NCBI RefSeq assembly: GCF_032191835.1
Contig: NC_083234.1
Coordinates: 48,918,001 to 48,982,000 of the forward strand
DNA length: 64,000 bases
DNA from: Heteronotia binoei
Lineage: Eukaryota
Direction of reading: 5' to 3'
The translations under genes were made by a program, and so were the position numbers. Below the pieces are notes generated by a model that saw only the letters and a program-made list of their open reading frames with translations, did no database searches and was not told where the DNA came from. This document shows positions 37,341 through 50,830 of the stretch, piece after piece (positions within the stretch are counted from its first letter, which is position 1; each line of letters begins with the position of its first letter).

Positions 37341-38011
37341 CTCTCACCATTTAGCGGGTGTCTTCTGCAACTCCCCTCCCCACCTTTTGAAGTTTGAGAG
37401 ATTTTCTGCTTCTGTTTGAAGAATAAGAATATCTTTCAAGAATAGACAGATTATTTCAATTCAGGCATAACTTTTGATAGAAGGATTTGTCCTTCCCTAT
37501 CTATTATGACTGGATAAGCATGGAGCTTGAAAGGGGCACATCAAACGAGCAAAACAAAAACACTATGATGGGCCACATGATCAGAGCTATCGGCATAGAG
37601 ACAAGGAAGAAGTGATTTTGAATTGCTGAAGAAACTCAGTGAAAATCCCTTTATATTCTAAGTGGGGCATTATTGTCTAAGAACTCTCCTCACAAAGCAA
37701 AACAACAAACGGTAAGGAATAAAGAGGCTAGTTTACAATATTACAATTGAACACTTCTAAAATCTCCAAATAAAACCCATGAATGATAGAGGTATGATTT
37801 CTTACACACCAAGAAAAGAAGGTCAATGACAGATAAGCTATTTTCAGGAGCCCCTTCCATCTGTCCCATGGTAAATAAAACACAGCTGGCCAAAAGGGCA
37901 GCCAGCTAGCTAGAGACAAGTGACCTTTTCTGAAGATGAGACTTCTTTAGTGTACGTCCTAAAGACAAATAGTAGCATTTCCCCCCTTCTCTGATGGCCA
38001 TTCATGTACAC

Positions 38012-38668
38012 CAGGGGTGGGCAAACTTGCTTAAGAGCCACACAGAATGAACGTCAGATGTTTGAGAGCTGCAAGACATGAACAAAGACTATACATACAT
38101 CTTTATTAAAACTCTTAATACTTTCTTTGCACAGAAAGATAAAATACATATGTATGCACTTTACAACACAACCATGCTAGAAGGAGACTTGTTTAAAAAA
38201 CAAAAGCTGGAAATAACAGTCCCCACAAGACCAGCATAGGGAAAGATTAGGGAATTCTTTTTGGCACCAGTGGGAGAAGTAAACACACATGTAGCATATA
38301 AATCATTGGCCACTGTTTGCATCATTATGCATCTCTCTTTGCCTTGACACCAAGGTTAGTAAATACAGCTCCTACAAGAGCTATGAAACTAACCCTGCGC
38401 CACCCTCTTTAATTCTGTCCCTCCTTCCAGTGACTCCCTCGGCTCTTGCGCTCTCTTTCCCTGCTCTAGGTCTCTGAGCGACTTCTGTGGTGTAGAAGAG
38501 CTTGCAAGCCTGCCTGTTCCCCCCTCCTTCCTCACTTTACACATAGAAGAAATAGTTGCCTTCCTATGGGTCAGCGCTCAGAGGCTGACTGAGGTCCTAA
38601 TTAAGTTCCTCTTCAACCTCCAGGAGCTGCACAGTATGTGTGAAAAAACTGCACTTTGGCCACCCCTG
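38012..38668. mobile_element. Non-autonomous hAT (Charlie-like) element, 657 bp
   Basis: TIRs CAGGGGTGGGCAAA / TTTGGCCACCCCTG with perfect 8-bp TSD ATGTACAC (38004-38011, 38669-38676). Confidence 0.92.
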
Positions 38669-39721
38669 ATGTACACTAAGCAGAAGATCCAAAATGCCAT
38701 GTTTGTCAAGTAAAAAGAGCCTTGTGGTAAAAGCATAAAATCTCTTCCTCTGTTCTGAAGAATTTGTGAACTCTACTTTTCCAATGTATGAAACACAGGG
38801 AACAACATTACTTATATAACATGGCTGATGGAATGCTGGGATCTTCTTTACACAACTCGCCAGATAGCTAAATGGATCCTCCCTGGGCAGAGGAAGTACT
38901 CCTTTGAAGCCCAAGCTGCAGGAAAGAAATGAAAGGAACTTTGGGAGGCTTGATGGAAAAACTGCAGCTAATAATTGGGATTGTTGGCTGGTTGCAAGAG
39001 AAGGAGAAGGTGGGATGCCAGCCTCCAGGTCGGACCTGGGGATCCCTTGGAATTACAGTTTATCTCCAGATTACACAATATCAGTTCCCCTGAAGAGAAG
39101 GATACTTTGGAGGGTGGACTCTATGGCACTGTACTCCACCAAGGTCCCTGCCCTCCGCAGGCTGCATCTCCAAGTCTCCAGGAGTTTCCCAACCTGGAGC
39201 CGGCAACTGCACCCCCTGCCAGTGGCCAAGCTTATAACATGGACCAAGACTTAGAGAGATTTCAGAGATTAATCTGCTTTTAAGAGTTCCTACCAACAGA
39301 CTGCGAATTTTGCATGTGGAAGGATGGAAATAAGCATATTTCCTCAGTAGCTCAGACAGTTATTAAAAATTCATCAGGAAGCCTAGATCAGTCTGTTCTT
39401 CTGTCACGTACAGAGGAAGGAAACAACACAGACAAATAAGGAGCAAGAATTTTTGAAAATATTTTCTTTCTTTCATGCATGATGGTAAAGAGGAATCTTC
39501 ATGCCTCCAGCCATCCACAATACCTGAAACTATCATTTGTTTAGGCATTTATACCCATACTCTCTTCCTCCTCCTCTTATCCTCTTTCTTATCCATGCAA
39601 CAATCTGCAAGGTAGTTCAGACTGAGAAAGAGCAACTGGCCCAAAGTCCTGCAGCAAGCTTTTAAGGTAGAGCAGGGATTTGAACCTGGCTCTCCCATAC
39701 ACTAGAACAACAATCTAACCA

Positions 39722-40980
39722 CTTAGTGTCAAATTCATTTGTTATGAGGGATGGATCTGACATAAATGAGACCTTGTTGGGCCAGGCCATGTGTCATAAA
39801 ATGTAATGGCAAGTAGTGAAGATATAAACTTTATAAAGAGCACAAACACAATTAAATATTTTTACTCAAAATAAAAATGCTTAACACATTAGCACTCTTG
39901 GAGTATTTTGTTTATTTAACAGTCTCTAACAACTGATACCTCTTGCTTTGAATTGTTGCATCAAACTGTCTGCTGTAGCAATTTTGAGAATTGTTCAGGT
40001 GTGTATCTGTAAGTTGCAAACTTACTTTTGACATTGACATTCATTACAGAAATCTCATAGTCAGTGCTCTGAGCCTAGGACACAGGGCAAAACATTAAAT
40101 GGCTGGGCATTGCAAGCTTTTGTACATAAACTCCTTCACGTGCTGGTCAAGAAGATGTGATGACATCATGATACAGAGTGTTTACAAAACTACACTCTTC
40201 CCAGAAAAATAACTGCTGTGAGGCAGTGCAAAAATAGAAAGACAGCCATATATAGTGGTCAGTATCAGACTGTTATCTGAGAAGTCTAGGTTCAAAAACC
40301 TCAGTCTACAAAGGAAATGTGCTGGGTGAACTTGGCTTAGACATACACTGTTAGCCTAATCCACCTCGCTGGCTTGCTGTTATTCCTCATCTAAGTAGTT
40401 CACATTGCTGTCCTATTGAGAAAGACTGGATCATGAGGGCATGCATACAGTGAAAAAGAGAAGGGGAACCCAGTTGCACCCGGGAGAGCCACAGAATAAC
40501 AAGCCCAACAAACACATGCACACAGCATAACAAGTCCAGCAAAATATACACACACTGTAGCAAGGCACACAAAAGCTCATACCTTGAATAAAACTTTGTT
40601 GGTCTTAAAGGTGCTCTGTATTTCTCCTGTGTGATTGAGGCAGCCAAGCAAAAGGGAGGAAGGGGAGGAGCCTCAGCCAATAGAAGGGAAGGAAGGCTTG
40701 CCTTTGTCTCATGTGTGATTGAGGGAGCCTGGCCAGGAAGCAAGCTCTGACTTGTTCTGTCCCTCCACCTGGAAGTAGGAGGGGAAGGAGGCTCAACAAA
40801 TAGAGAACAGAGGCTTGCCTATCTATCTTTACTGCATATTTGAGAGAGTCTGGCAAAGCAAGCTATGACACAGCAGTAGCAGAAGTGGAGAAGGAAGCAG
40901 GAGAAGCAGTCGCTCAAGGGCTAGAGGGGAGTCCTGTGGGTGCTGGATACAGCCCATGAGCCACATGTTTGACACCTCTG
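39722..40980. mobile_element. Non-autonomous hAT element (GTGTCAAA..CATTTGTTATGAGGG family) with a nested SINE and degenerate subterminal repeats
   Basis: Left part is similar to 49773-49880; right end CATGTTTGACACCTCTG; left TIR damaged and no TSD seen. Confidence 0.6.
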
Positions 40981-43900
40981 AACTATACCATGCTGGTGTC
41001 ATGGAGGATTTGGGACTTGGCTGCATCAGGCATGCACTGGGGATCAGTGCCAACCTGCCACTGATTTAAACAGTAGTTGATGTACAATAACTGTGCCAAA
41101 AAGCTTTGGGGTTTGGTGCACGTGCTACTGCACATCTCAGGCATAGTTGGCTTGGAAGAGGCAGAAAAGATTACCACACCAGTTTTCCTCATGATAAGCT
41201 ACTTTTGCAAGCTTTCCAACCAGGGAGGCAATAGCTTTTCGAATGCTGGAGGGACAGATTTGTTGCACTTTCTCCACACATTTTTTGTCCTACCACTGCC
41301 TTTGGTCCAACTCACTTTACACTGCACCAAAATCCTGCAAAACCATTTTGATGAGAAATGATAGCAAGACTTGAAAGGACATGATACTCTGTCAGATCAT
41401 CTCCAATTCAGATATAAAAAGAGTCCACAAGTATCCAGGGTGGCCTCTGGACAATCAGGCATGTTGAACAGCTCGAAAGGACTCCCCCTTCCAATTACAT
41501 TACTCTGATTCAAGCTGTCCAATCCCTCACCAGTCCTGCCTCTGTAATCTTCACTGTTGGAACCAGCACAGCTCTGAGCCCTTTTTGCTGAGCTTTGCCT
41601 AGCACTGCAGAGCAGACATGCATACATCTTGCCATCTGCCTCTGTGGTCCCAATGGGCTAGATTGCATGTGTGGCCATCACAGCACAGACACCTGGACAC
41701 TTTCATCAAGGCCAGTTGCTTCCAGGGATTCACCTGTCTGCTTGCAAGCCCAGGGAATCTCGCCCCTTGAGCCTGGAACTGTTATAGGAACATCACCTGC
41801 CCCCCACCCCCGGGCTCAGAAGTATGAGGCAATTTCTGCTATTTGTTCAGAGCTGAAACAATAGAAAATGTTTTTTGTTTCCACTCTTAAAACTCCAAAT
41901 GTGGTAAAATAAACACTTTTAGGATGAAAGTTCATCATTCAACTGCTTTCTTTATGTTATTTAAAGTTTTTCTTGCTCCCTGGGATTCAAGGCAGATGAC
42001 ACAGAATAAATCAATACAACCAATAAGCTGGGGCATCCAGTAGGCAATGCAACAGAATTTGACCTGTAGAGGTCTGAAAACCAACCAGAGGTGGAGCACC
42101 CCATAAGTATTAACATACTTTAGATATGTTTGAATTGTTTTAATCCAAGCTAGCCCCCTCCCCTGATAGGAACATAAGAGAAGCCTGTTGGATCAGGCCA
42201 ATAGCCCATCTAGTCCAACAATCTGTGTCACATAGTGGCCAAAAAAACCCTGGTGCCATCAGGAGGTCCATCAGTGGGGCTAGGACACTGATGCCAGTTG
42301 TTATGACAAAATGTCATAACCTGTCAAACAAAATCCCGCTGTGTGTCAGCTATAAGAGGCTGCCAAATATTAAAAATAAAACTTATTGGATGTTCAATAA
42401 AGATATCTGGTCTTTTTGTACCACTGAGCCATGTTGGAAGCCTTCCTCTTACAGGAGTTACTTAACTTGGAGGAATTCTCCTTAAACTAGAGGAAGGCTC
42501 TGTGAAGAAAGGTTGGAGCCACACCAGATGTCCAGTGAACATTCAGCAAAGTTTAAATCCACCACTGCCTTCTGCAATTTATTTGCGTGGTGGTGGCAAT
42601 TTCTTTGGATGGCTCTCTTCCATTGCAGACCCCAACTTTACACCCCGTGCTATTCCCAATGAGCCACTGAGTCTCACAACCAAAATTTCAGGGGCTTTTG
42701 GGGAATGCTAATATGCAAGAACATGGATGCAATCATTTTATTCCAGGAGCTCCATCAGGGCAGTGTCCTATCTTCAGGCTGTGACTGTCACGCTTAAGAA
42801 ACAGACCTCTCCCTCCAAGTGCTGCTTCACCCACTCTTATATTCCTCAACGAGCACTGTTATTGCATCAACAGCTTTAACAAAAGGGTATCATGGAGGTA
42901 ACAATGAAACAGGAGAGGCTGTCCTAGCACTGAGGGGCCTGGAAACACAAAGCCAGGTCTGTGGGCTTCACGCCTCCAGAGGCACAATTGCCTTTTGATT
43001 CACCAGTGTGCACTTCAAATTGCTTCTGCTTCCTGCATTGATCCTGGCACTTAACAGAGCCGCTTGGACCAGAGCGATGGCTGACAGAAGCAGAGAGCTG
43101 CTTGCTCGTGGGTGCAACAGCCAATTTGCAGAGCTATTACAGTATCTTTGGGGGTGGAAAGGATTTTAACTTCAGATCGTCTAGTCCAATCTTCTCCCTA
43201 GTCACAGCTTAACCCAATGTTCCTCATACTTTTGAAAACTGGAGCATAGGCTATTAGCAAGGAATCCTGGCACATTCTCCATTAGGAAGATGCCCAAATA
43301 ATGATAGAATGGGGGCATTCCCCCCACACACTTCCACTCCAATGGTCGCATAGTGTGGATACATTTGCCACAGTGGATGAATTTTTCACGGTGAAACTAA
43401 ACACAACTGCATCAGTTCCAGACATTTAAACAGAGGGTTTGCCCCAGTTCCACTGAAAGAGCTCATGGGGGTCCATGTTTAAAAGCAAACAGGTGTACAG
43501 ATGTAGAACCCTTCTTTCACTTGTGGCTTTCTGCCCCCACGAAGCCCTAACTGGGGGGAAAGTGTGTGGAGATAGGGGGTAGGTAGTATACACCAGATGC
43601 AGAAAAGGACATAGAGAGAGGGGATGCACTCAAGTAGGGTTGCCAGCCTCTGGGTGGGGCCTGGGGATCTCCCGCTATTATATCCAGGCAACAGATATCA
43701 ATTCCCCCAGATAAAATGGCTTCCTTAGAGGGTAGACGCTATGATATTGTACTTGGATGAAGTCTCTCCTCCCCAACCCCCCTCCCCAGGCTCCAACCCC
43801 GCCCCCCCAAACTCCAGGTATTTCCCAACCCAGAGCTGGCAACCCTAGGATGCAGGGACTAAGCAATCAGATGGGGGGCAGGGTTGCCAGGCCCCACTGG

Positions 43901-46900
43901 TCACTGGTGGGGGATGGGGGTTTAGGGCTGCCAGCTCCAGGTTGGAGAACTCCTGGAGAATTGGGAACGCAGCCTAGGGAGGGCAGAGATCTCAGTGGGG
44001 TACAGTGTCACACAGTCCACCCACCAAAGGATCCATTTTTCTGTAGGGGAACTGATCTTTGTAGTCTGGAGATTAACTGTGATTCCAGGGGATCCCCAGG
44101 CCCCACCTGGAGGCTGGCACCCCTAATAGGGGGAATATGATACTCATCTCTTGCCTCCACAACGCTTTTGCTTTTGAAACCGAACTACCCACCCTCATCC
44201 TGCTAATATTCCCTACAGTTTGGCCCTCTGCTCCCGTAATACTTATGAACATCTCACACAAATTTTAAAGGGTGCACAATTCACAGAGTTACCAACAGGC
44301 CTGCAGAAAAGTGTCTTGTTCCTTTAATAGAAGCTTAGTGAGAGATTAGTTATCTAGTGATGTTATTTACCCTGGGAGCTTCAGCTGCCCGTTTCCATAT
44401 ATCAAGCCTCTATTAAAGAGGCTGGACATTTTCCTGTGCACAAATGACCTTTCCTGGAGTACAAGGTTGTCTATGTAGCCCAGCCCCTTTGGCTTCTGTC
44501 CAGGGTGAGGCATCTTCAACTTTAGCCAGCAAGCCACCTCCAGGAAAGAGGAAAGGCAGGGTCTCTTCTCCAGTCCTATCTAAACTCTTTCTTCCACATC
44601 ACTAAGCAGAGCTCAAGACTGCGAAGCAAAGACTGGGTAGCAATGAGAAGCCACCCACAGGTCCTTCACTGCCATATAACTGTGGTCATTCTGCAATCAT
44701 TCATTGGCTACACAACAAGCTCCTGACACTCTACTGCCACACAAAGGTGATTCTATAGTGAAGCAAGGGATGACGGGGCTGTCTCAGGCAGAGAAGAGGA
44801 AGTGTGACTCAGCAGTTAGTGCACTGGATCCAGGCTCAAACCCCTACACTGCCATGAAACTTGCTCAGTGATCTTGGGTCAGTCACTCTCTCACACTCTG
44901 GCCTCCTCCACAGGATTGTTATGAGGATAAAAACAGGGGAGAGAGAATCATGACACTTCCTGCTACCCATGGCCAGTGACCCACAGGAAAGCTTTCCTGG
45001 ACAGGATTCCAAAGAGTAAAGACAAGTTGTGCTGGAACAGAAGGATCTACAGTTCCCAGTCCACCAACGTGTTTGTGCATCAGCCCTCTTGAAAGTAATT
45101 TATCATTTCATTTATTTATTCCATCAGTTTTCTGAGATTGCTGGACAGTGCTTCAGAGACAGTCTATTAATTAGACACAGTTATCCAACAACAGAAAGCC
45201 ATTTCATTAATACCGGGACAAATTACCGCAGCAAAGAAGCATTAGAAAGCCATTCAACAAGTATAGAAATGCTGTTTGTAGAACACACAGTTTGTTCTTC
45301 AAGGCCACACAGCAACATTTGCCAGATGAGGACAGATACACTTATGAACCTGCTAGATTCTAATGTTCTGCTAGATTCTAATGTTCTTTCCCCCTTGCCA
45401 GTTGGCTGCCCCTGAGGAACTCAGAAGCAGAGCAGGAAGCTGATGGTTTTACACCTTTTGCTTATTTCCATTACCAGGTATCCAGAGGTATACATTTTCT
45501 GAACGTGGAGGTTTCACTTAGCTGTCACAGCTGACTTCCATGGATAGACTTCTCCTCCAGTTGCAATCTGCACTTAAAGAACAGTGTGGCTCATCATAAC
45601 AAGTTGGCATATTCTGCACGTGCATCCAATTTAATTCTGAACCAACTGTTTAGAAGACTATTCCAATCAGAGTATCATGCAAGGCACATTATAGGATTTC
45701 TGAAGCTGGGCAGGTTTAGGCTGATTCAATGCCTGGAGGAAAGGACACCTGGGAACCATCCATCTCAGTGGCCTTGAGTCTCATGATAGAAGGCAGGATG
45801 TAAGGATGCCAGCCTCCAAATGAGACCAAGGGATCCCCTGGAATTACAGCTCATCTTCAGATACAAAGAACAGTTCCCCTGGAGAAAATGGATGGTGGAC
45901 TCCATGGCATTATATCCCACTGAGGTCTTTTTCCTCCCCAGGCTCCACCCCCAAGAGTTGTCTGCTGGTGGCCAGGGGGCACGACAACCCTAATATAGAT
46001 ATAATTGTAATAATGCAAAAACAAATCCATACTCTGCCCACTGCTTTAGGTTCAAAACTGGCTAAGTGAACCACAGTTCCCATAAACCGCTCATTGGATC
46101 CAGACCCTTAGTGTCACTCTGTACTTACATAAAATCATTTTGCTCATCTTTGTATGCAGTGAAATATTCTTTAGAAGACAGCAGCAGTTTGGGGCCCATG
46201 TTCAGGCTACAGATATGTATTGCGAATGTTGTGTTGGGAACAAAAAACACGTGCGGCCCCAATCTGGATCAGAGCCACTAGGGGCTGTGTGTTTCCCTAT
46301 ACTGTTTTCCTGACCTGAAAGAGCCTTGGTGGAGGGAGGGGAAAATATTCTTTGCTCTATTGGGGTACAAGCTTCCCATAGGGTATAATGGAAAATTGAT
46401 CTGCAGATATCTGGGGCGGGGGGGGGGCCTGTTTTTTGAGGTAGAGACACCTAATTTGCAGCATAGCATCCGATGACTCTCCTCAAAACACCCTCCAAGT
46501 TTTGAAAATTCTATGATCCCCTAAAGGAGGTGCCCCTATCCTTCATTCTTTCAAATGGAGGGAAGGCATTTAAAAGGTGTCCGTTTAAATGTGATGGTCC
46601 GTTTAAATGTGATGGCCAGAATTCCCTTTGGAGTTTAATTATGCTTGTCACAACCTTGTTCCTGGCTCTACCCCCAATGTCCCCAGATATTTTTTGAATT
46701 GGACTTGGCAACCCTACCCCATTCACCATAGGCCCAATCCAAACTGGGCCCCATGCATCTCAGAATTGAGTTCCCAGCATGATATCTGCAACACACATGA
46801 TTATGCAGATTGGGGGAGAACATGTCATTAGGCCCCACAAGTATGGTAGGAAATTTTGCAACCCCCCCCCCCCGGGCAAAAAAATTGCTGTAAGGCATTC

Positions 46901-49880
46901 TCCCTTACAGCAATACATATTTCTGGTTTAACAACATCAGTCTTTCAAATTTGATAATCAGGTTATTATTCATTTATTTTGTAACAGACTTAATTTTTCT
47001 AACAACTACAAATAGAAGGGAAAAAATGAAATGCCAAGATGATTAATTTGGCAGGCTGATTATCTGGTATGACTTATTTCTACATCATTCCACTCTAGTA
47101 TATTAAAAAGAAAAAAGAAAATGACAGAGTCCCCATGGAGGATTATTTTGACCAACAGTGGTGTGAGGCTCACTTCAGTAAAGTGGAGGAAATCAGAGCA
47201 GATGAGTACAGAAAGAAGAGAACAGCAGCTGTAATCCTTCTCCGTTTCATGCAAATCAGGAGAGACCCCAAAGCCCCCTGGCAAAGTGCCAGTGAAGTCA
47301 TCAAACAGGGGCAGATTTTAATCAGATATAACAAAAGCACACTGCAGCCAGATATTTCTTACAGGCCCACCCCACATATTGTATTTCATCACAAATCCAG
47401 GGCGATAGAAGTATTAGATACAGTTAATGGAAGCTCAATCAACATCTACAACATTTTTTGATTATACATTGCTGAGCACATGGACTACTACAGTTACTCC
47501 TCACCTGGCACTCTAGATTCAAGCATCTATTCATATTTAATATCTGATGTACCAGATTTATCCCTGGGGCCATCACAAATCCACTCTGGCCTTTTGTCCC
47601 CCCAAGGATATCTATTGCCTTATTATGCTAAATTTAATACACAGCAGACTAAAGCTTTCTGAAAGAGAGATAAGGAAGGGAGGCAGACTCTGATGAAGAC
47701 TTGAAAAGAAATGAGTTTATCTGAATTCAGTCCAGTTTATCATCCTTGAAAGAGTAACTCCAAGAGTTTACGGGCTAAGGCTGAGTCAAATGTTTTAGGG
47801 ATGAAACATGTTTTTCAGTCTACATTGCTTTGCGCTTGTGGTGATGAAACCTCCAACATCAATTGAACTGAACTGGTTGGATGGCTCATGGTATTCAGTT
47901 GCTCACAGAACTGACAGTTTCTGTGTGGGAAAAGAAAGGCGGTAGTTTGGCTACAAAAGCTGACAACCAAACAACTAGACATTGCATTTAACTTGCAGCT
48001 GTCACAGGGGCCTGAAGTCAGATAGTAGTGCTGTACATTCCCCATGGGAGCTCAATTCTGCAGGGCTCCGCTGCAGATGGGGACTGTGGCTTGGGGCGGG
48101 GGGGAGGAAGGGCTTCAATCTTCCTCTCTGTGCATTTTGCTGACCCAATATGGCCCTGAGAGGCATTATTTGTCCCATCAAGTGTGTGGGGAGGTCTGCA
48201 TGTGCACAACATTGTCTGGAAAACCTAAATGAGACATCGGAAGTCCTCCATCTTTAAAGTTCACAAAATAGCTGCTGAATTCAAAGTAGGATCATAGCGC
48301 TGGGAAAGGGGGTTAACCCTCTCCCCCAAGCTGGTATGCACCCCAGTAGGAAAAAAAGTCAGTTCCTCTTCCACAGAGGGGGCTAAGCAACTGCTTGGGA
48401 AGGAGTGAACCTTCCCTCCCATCCTACAATCATCCAGATCCAAAGTGGATATCCTCACAGCTAATTTTAAGTTAGGTTTTATTATGGCTTCATCTTGCCT
48501 CTAGCTGTACTATATCAACACCTTATTCCTGGATATCATTTCTTACCCTCAAGCTGAACTTCTGTGCACCAACAGTGTTATTTGAATTGGATTGTTTACC
48601 ACAGCAGTTCTGTGGAGAGCAAATTAAAATACGCCCCTTGCACATCTACTGTGGATCTTTTGGGTGTGACAGCTCAGTACCCATCACAGATGAACTGTAC
48701 AACTGTCCCTTTTAGAAAAGCATTTCAATCCTAGCGTCGTTCTGAACTACAACAGCATTTCAAGGAAAAGGTTAAATGGTTGGCTCTGCCTCTCCATCAA
48801 AGTGGCATTTGGATCTGTGCTGTCTTAGCTTAGTCATACCACTCTGCTGGCTAGTGTTGAGGGGTGGGGGAAATCACAGCTACGTTACAATATGAGCACC
48901 TAGCAATTTCACACAGCAGTCCAAACAGCTCTATAATCTAGGCCAATATTGCTGTCACCGTCTTGCTGGTTGAGCTCTAAAGCCAAGAAGCAGAAACTTG
49001 CCTAAAACCAAGTGACAGGATGTTGATGATGACAAGATCTGAACCAGAGGCTTTCTAGAAGGAAATGACTCATTCTCTTACCTGGGAGTAGGTTCCACTG
49101 AATAAAAGAGGACCTACTTCAGAGCAAACATGCATTAAGGTTGTGCTGCTAGTTACTCTACTCTGTTTTCCAATGGACTACCAAAAGCAGAGTTGGTCAG
49201 CTGTTATAAGAAGGCAAGCCTCATGGATCTTCAAGGAAGCATCAATAAGACAAAGCCATTTTCACTGCTGCTGAAACAATCAAGAAAGTCCCAGCAGTTG
49301 CATCCTCATTATCCTCCTTTGCCACAATCTAGAATGAAAGGGGGAACACGCTTCCAGATCCACAGAACTCAGCGGAGCTTAAAGGAAGAGTTCAAGCACT
49401 GAAAGATGCAGTCTGTATATGCTTACCTAGGATTATGCCACTCTGAACTGTGGGAGTGACTTCAGAGCAAACGACTATAGGATCAAGTCACAGCAAGACC
49501 GTAGCTCTAAGAACACTTATAAGGGGGTAAATACCATTGAATTTAGCAGGGCTTAATTTGGAACAAATGAAGTCATATGACCACCTATATGAACACAGGA
49601 AACTGCCTTATACTGAATCAGACCATTGGTCCATCAGTGTCAGCATGTCTACTCAGACTGGCAGCGGCTCTCTGGGGCCTCAGACGGAGGGGATTAGACC
49701 TGGAACTTTTTGTATGCCAAGCAGAGGTTCTGGGCCATGGCCTTTCCCAGAACTGGAATGGAAGCATTACAGCAGAGGTATTGAACTCATTTGTTATGAA
49801 GACTGGAGCTGACATAAATGTCACTTTGTTGGGCTAGGCCATGCATGCCATAAAATATAATATGAGGTATCAGATATATA

Positions 49881-50445
49881 ATGATTAAAGGTTTGGAAAA
49901 CTTTCCCTATGAAGAAAGGTTAAAACGCTTGGGGCTCTTTAGCTTGGAGAAACGTCGACTGTGGGGTGACATGATAGAAGTTTACAAGATTATGCATGGG
50001 ATGGAGAAAGTAGAGAAAGAAGTACTTTTCTCCCTTTCTCACAATACAAGAACTCGTGGGCATTCAATGAAATTGCTGAGCAGTCGGGTTAGAACAGATA
50101 AAAGGAAGTACTTCTTCACCCAAAGGGTGATTAACATGTAAAATTCACTGCCACAGGAGGTGGTGGCGGCTACAAGCATAGACAACAAGAAGGGATTGGA
50201 TAAAAATATGGCGCAGAGGTCCATCAGTGGCTATTAGCCACAGTATATTATTGAAACTGTCTGGGGCAGTGATACTCTGTATTCTTGGTGCTTTGGGGGG
50301 GGGCAAAGTGGAAGGGCTTCTAGACCCACTTGTGAACCTTCTGATGACACTTGGGGGTTTTTTTTGGCCACTGTGTGACACAGAGTGTTGGAATAGATGG
50401 ACTGAATGTTGGACTGATCCAACATGGCTTCTCTTATGTTCTTAT
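49881..50445 (+). mobile_element. 5'-truncated CR1 LINE (ORF2 C-terminus plus 3' tail)
   Basis: MIKGLENFPYEERLKRLGLFSLEKRRLWGDMIEVYKIM...RKYFFTQRVIN; tail CTTCTCTTATGTTCTTAT. Confidence 0.93.
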
Positions 50446-50614
50446 AAACTTTATAAAGGTGATTTCAGATGTCAAATGGCAATAGCAGGTGAATGACAAT
50501 AGTAGGCTGGATTGGATTAGGCGCAGGGCTTTTTTTGAGCAGGACGCACAGGAATGCATTTCTTGGCATCAGGGGTGTGTGGGCTAATATGCAAATATTC
50601 CATCCAGGAAGATT

Positions 50615-50830
50615 CAGTCCAGGAGGATGGAAAGAATAAATGGACACAAGTCTGACATTAGAAACCACAACATTCAGTTGCTGCCCGTACTAGTGTTCTT
50701 ACAAAGGAATTTCAAGGGGAAATTAGAAAGCGAGACTGCTGAATTGCAATTGATAATGGAGCTCAAGACAAATACATCCTCCGAGACTGAATTGAGAGCT
50801 AGTTTTCCTATCTCATTACCAATGTGTGTT
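50615..50830 (+). mobile_element. Penelope-like element GIY-YIG endonuclease C-terminal fragment
   Basis: ERINGHKSDIRNHNIQ...LQRNFKGKLESETAELQLIMELKT. Confidence 0.75.

Noticed and set aside
42905-42935. RE1/NRSF-like site (TCAGTGCTAGGACAGC on the minus strand)
   Set aside because: The left half-site and spacing deviate from TCAGCACCnnGGACAG
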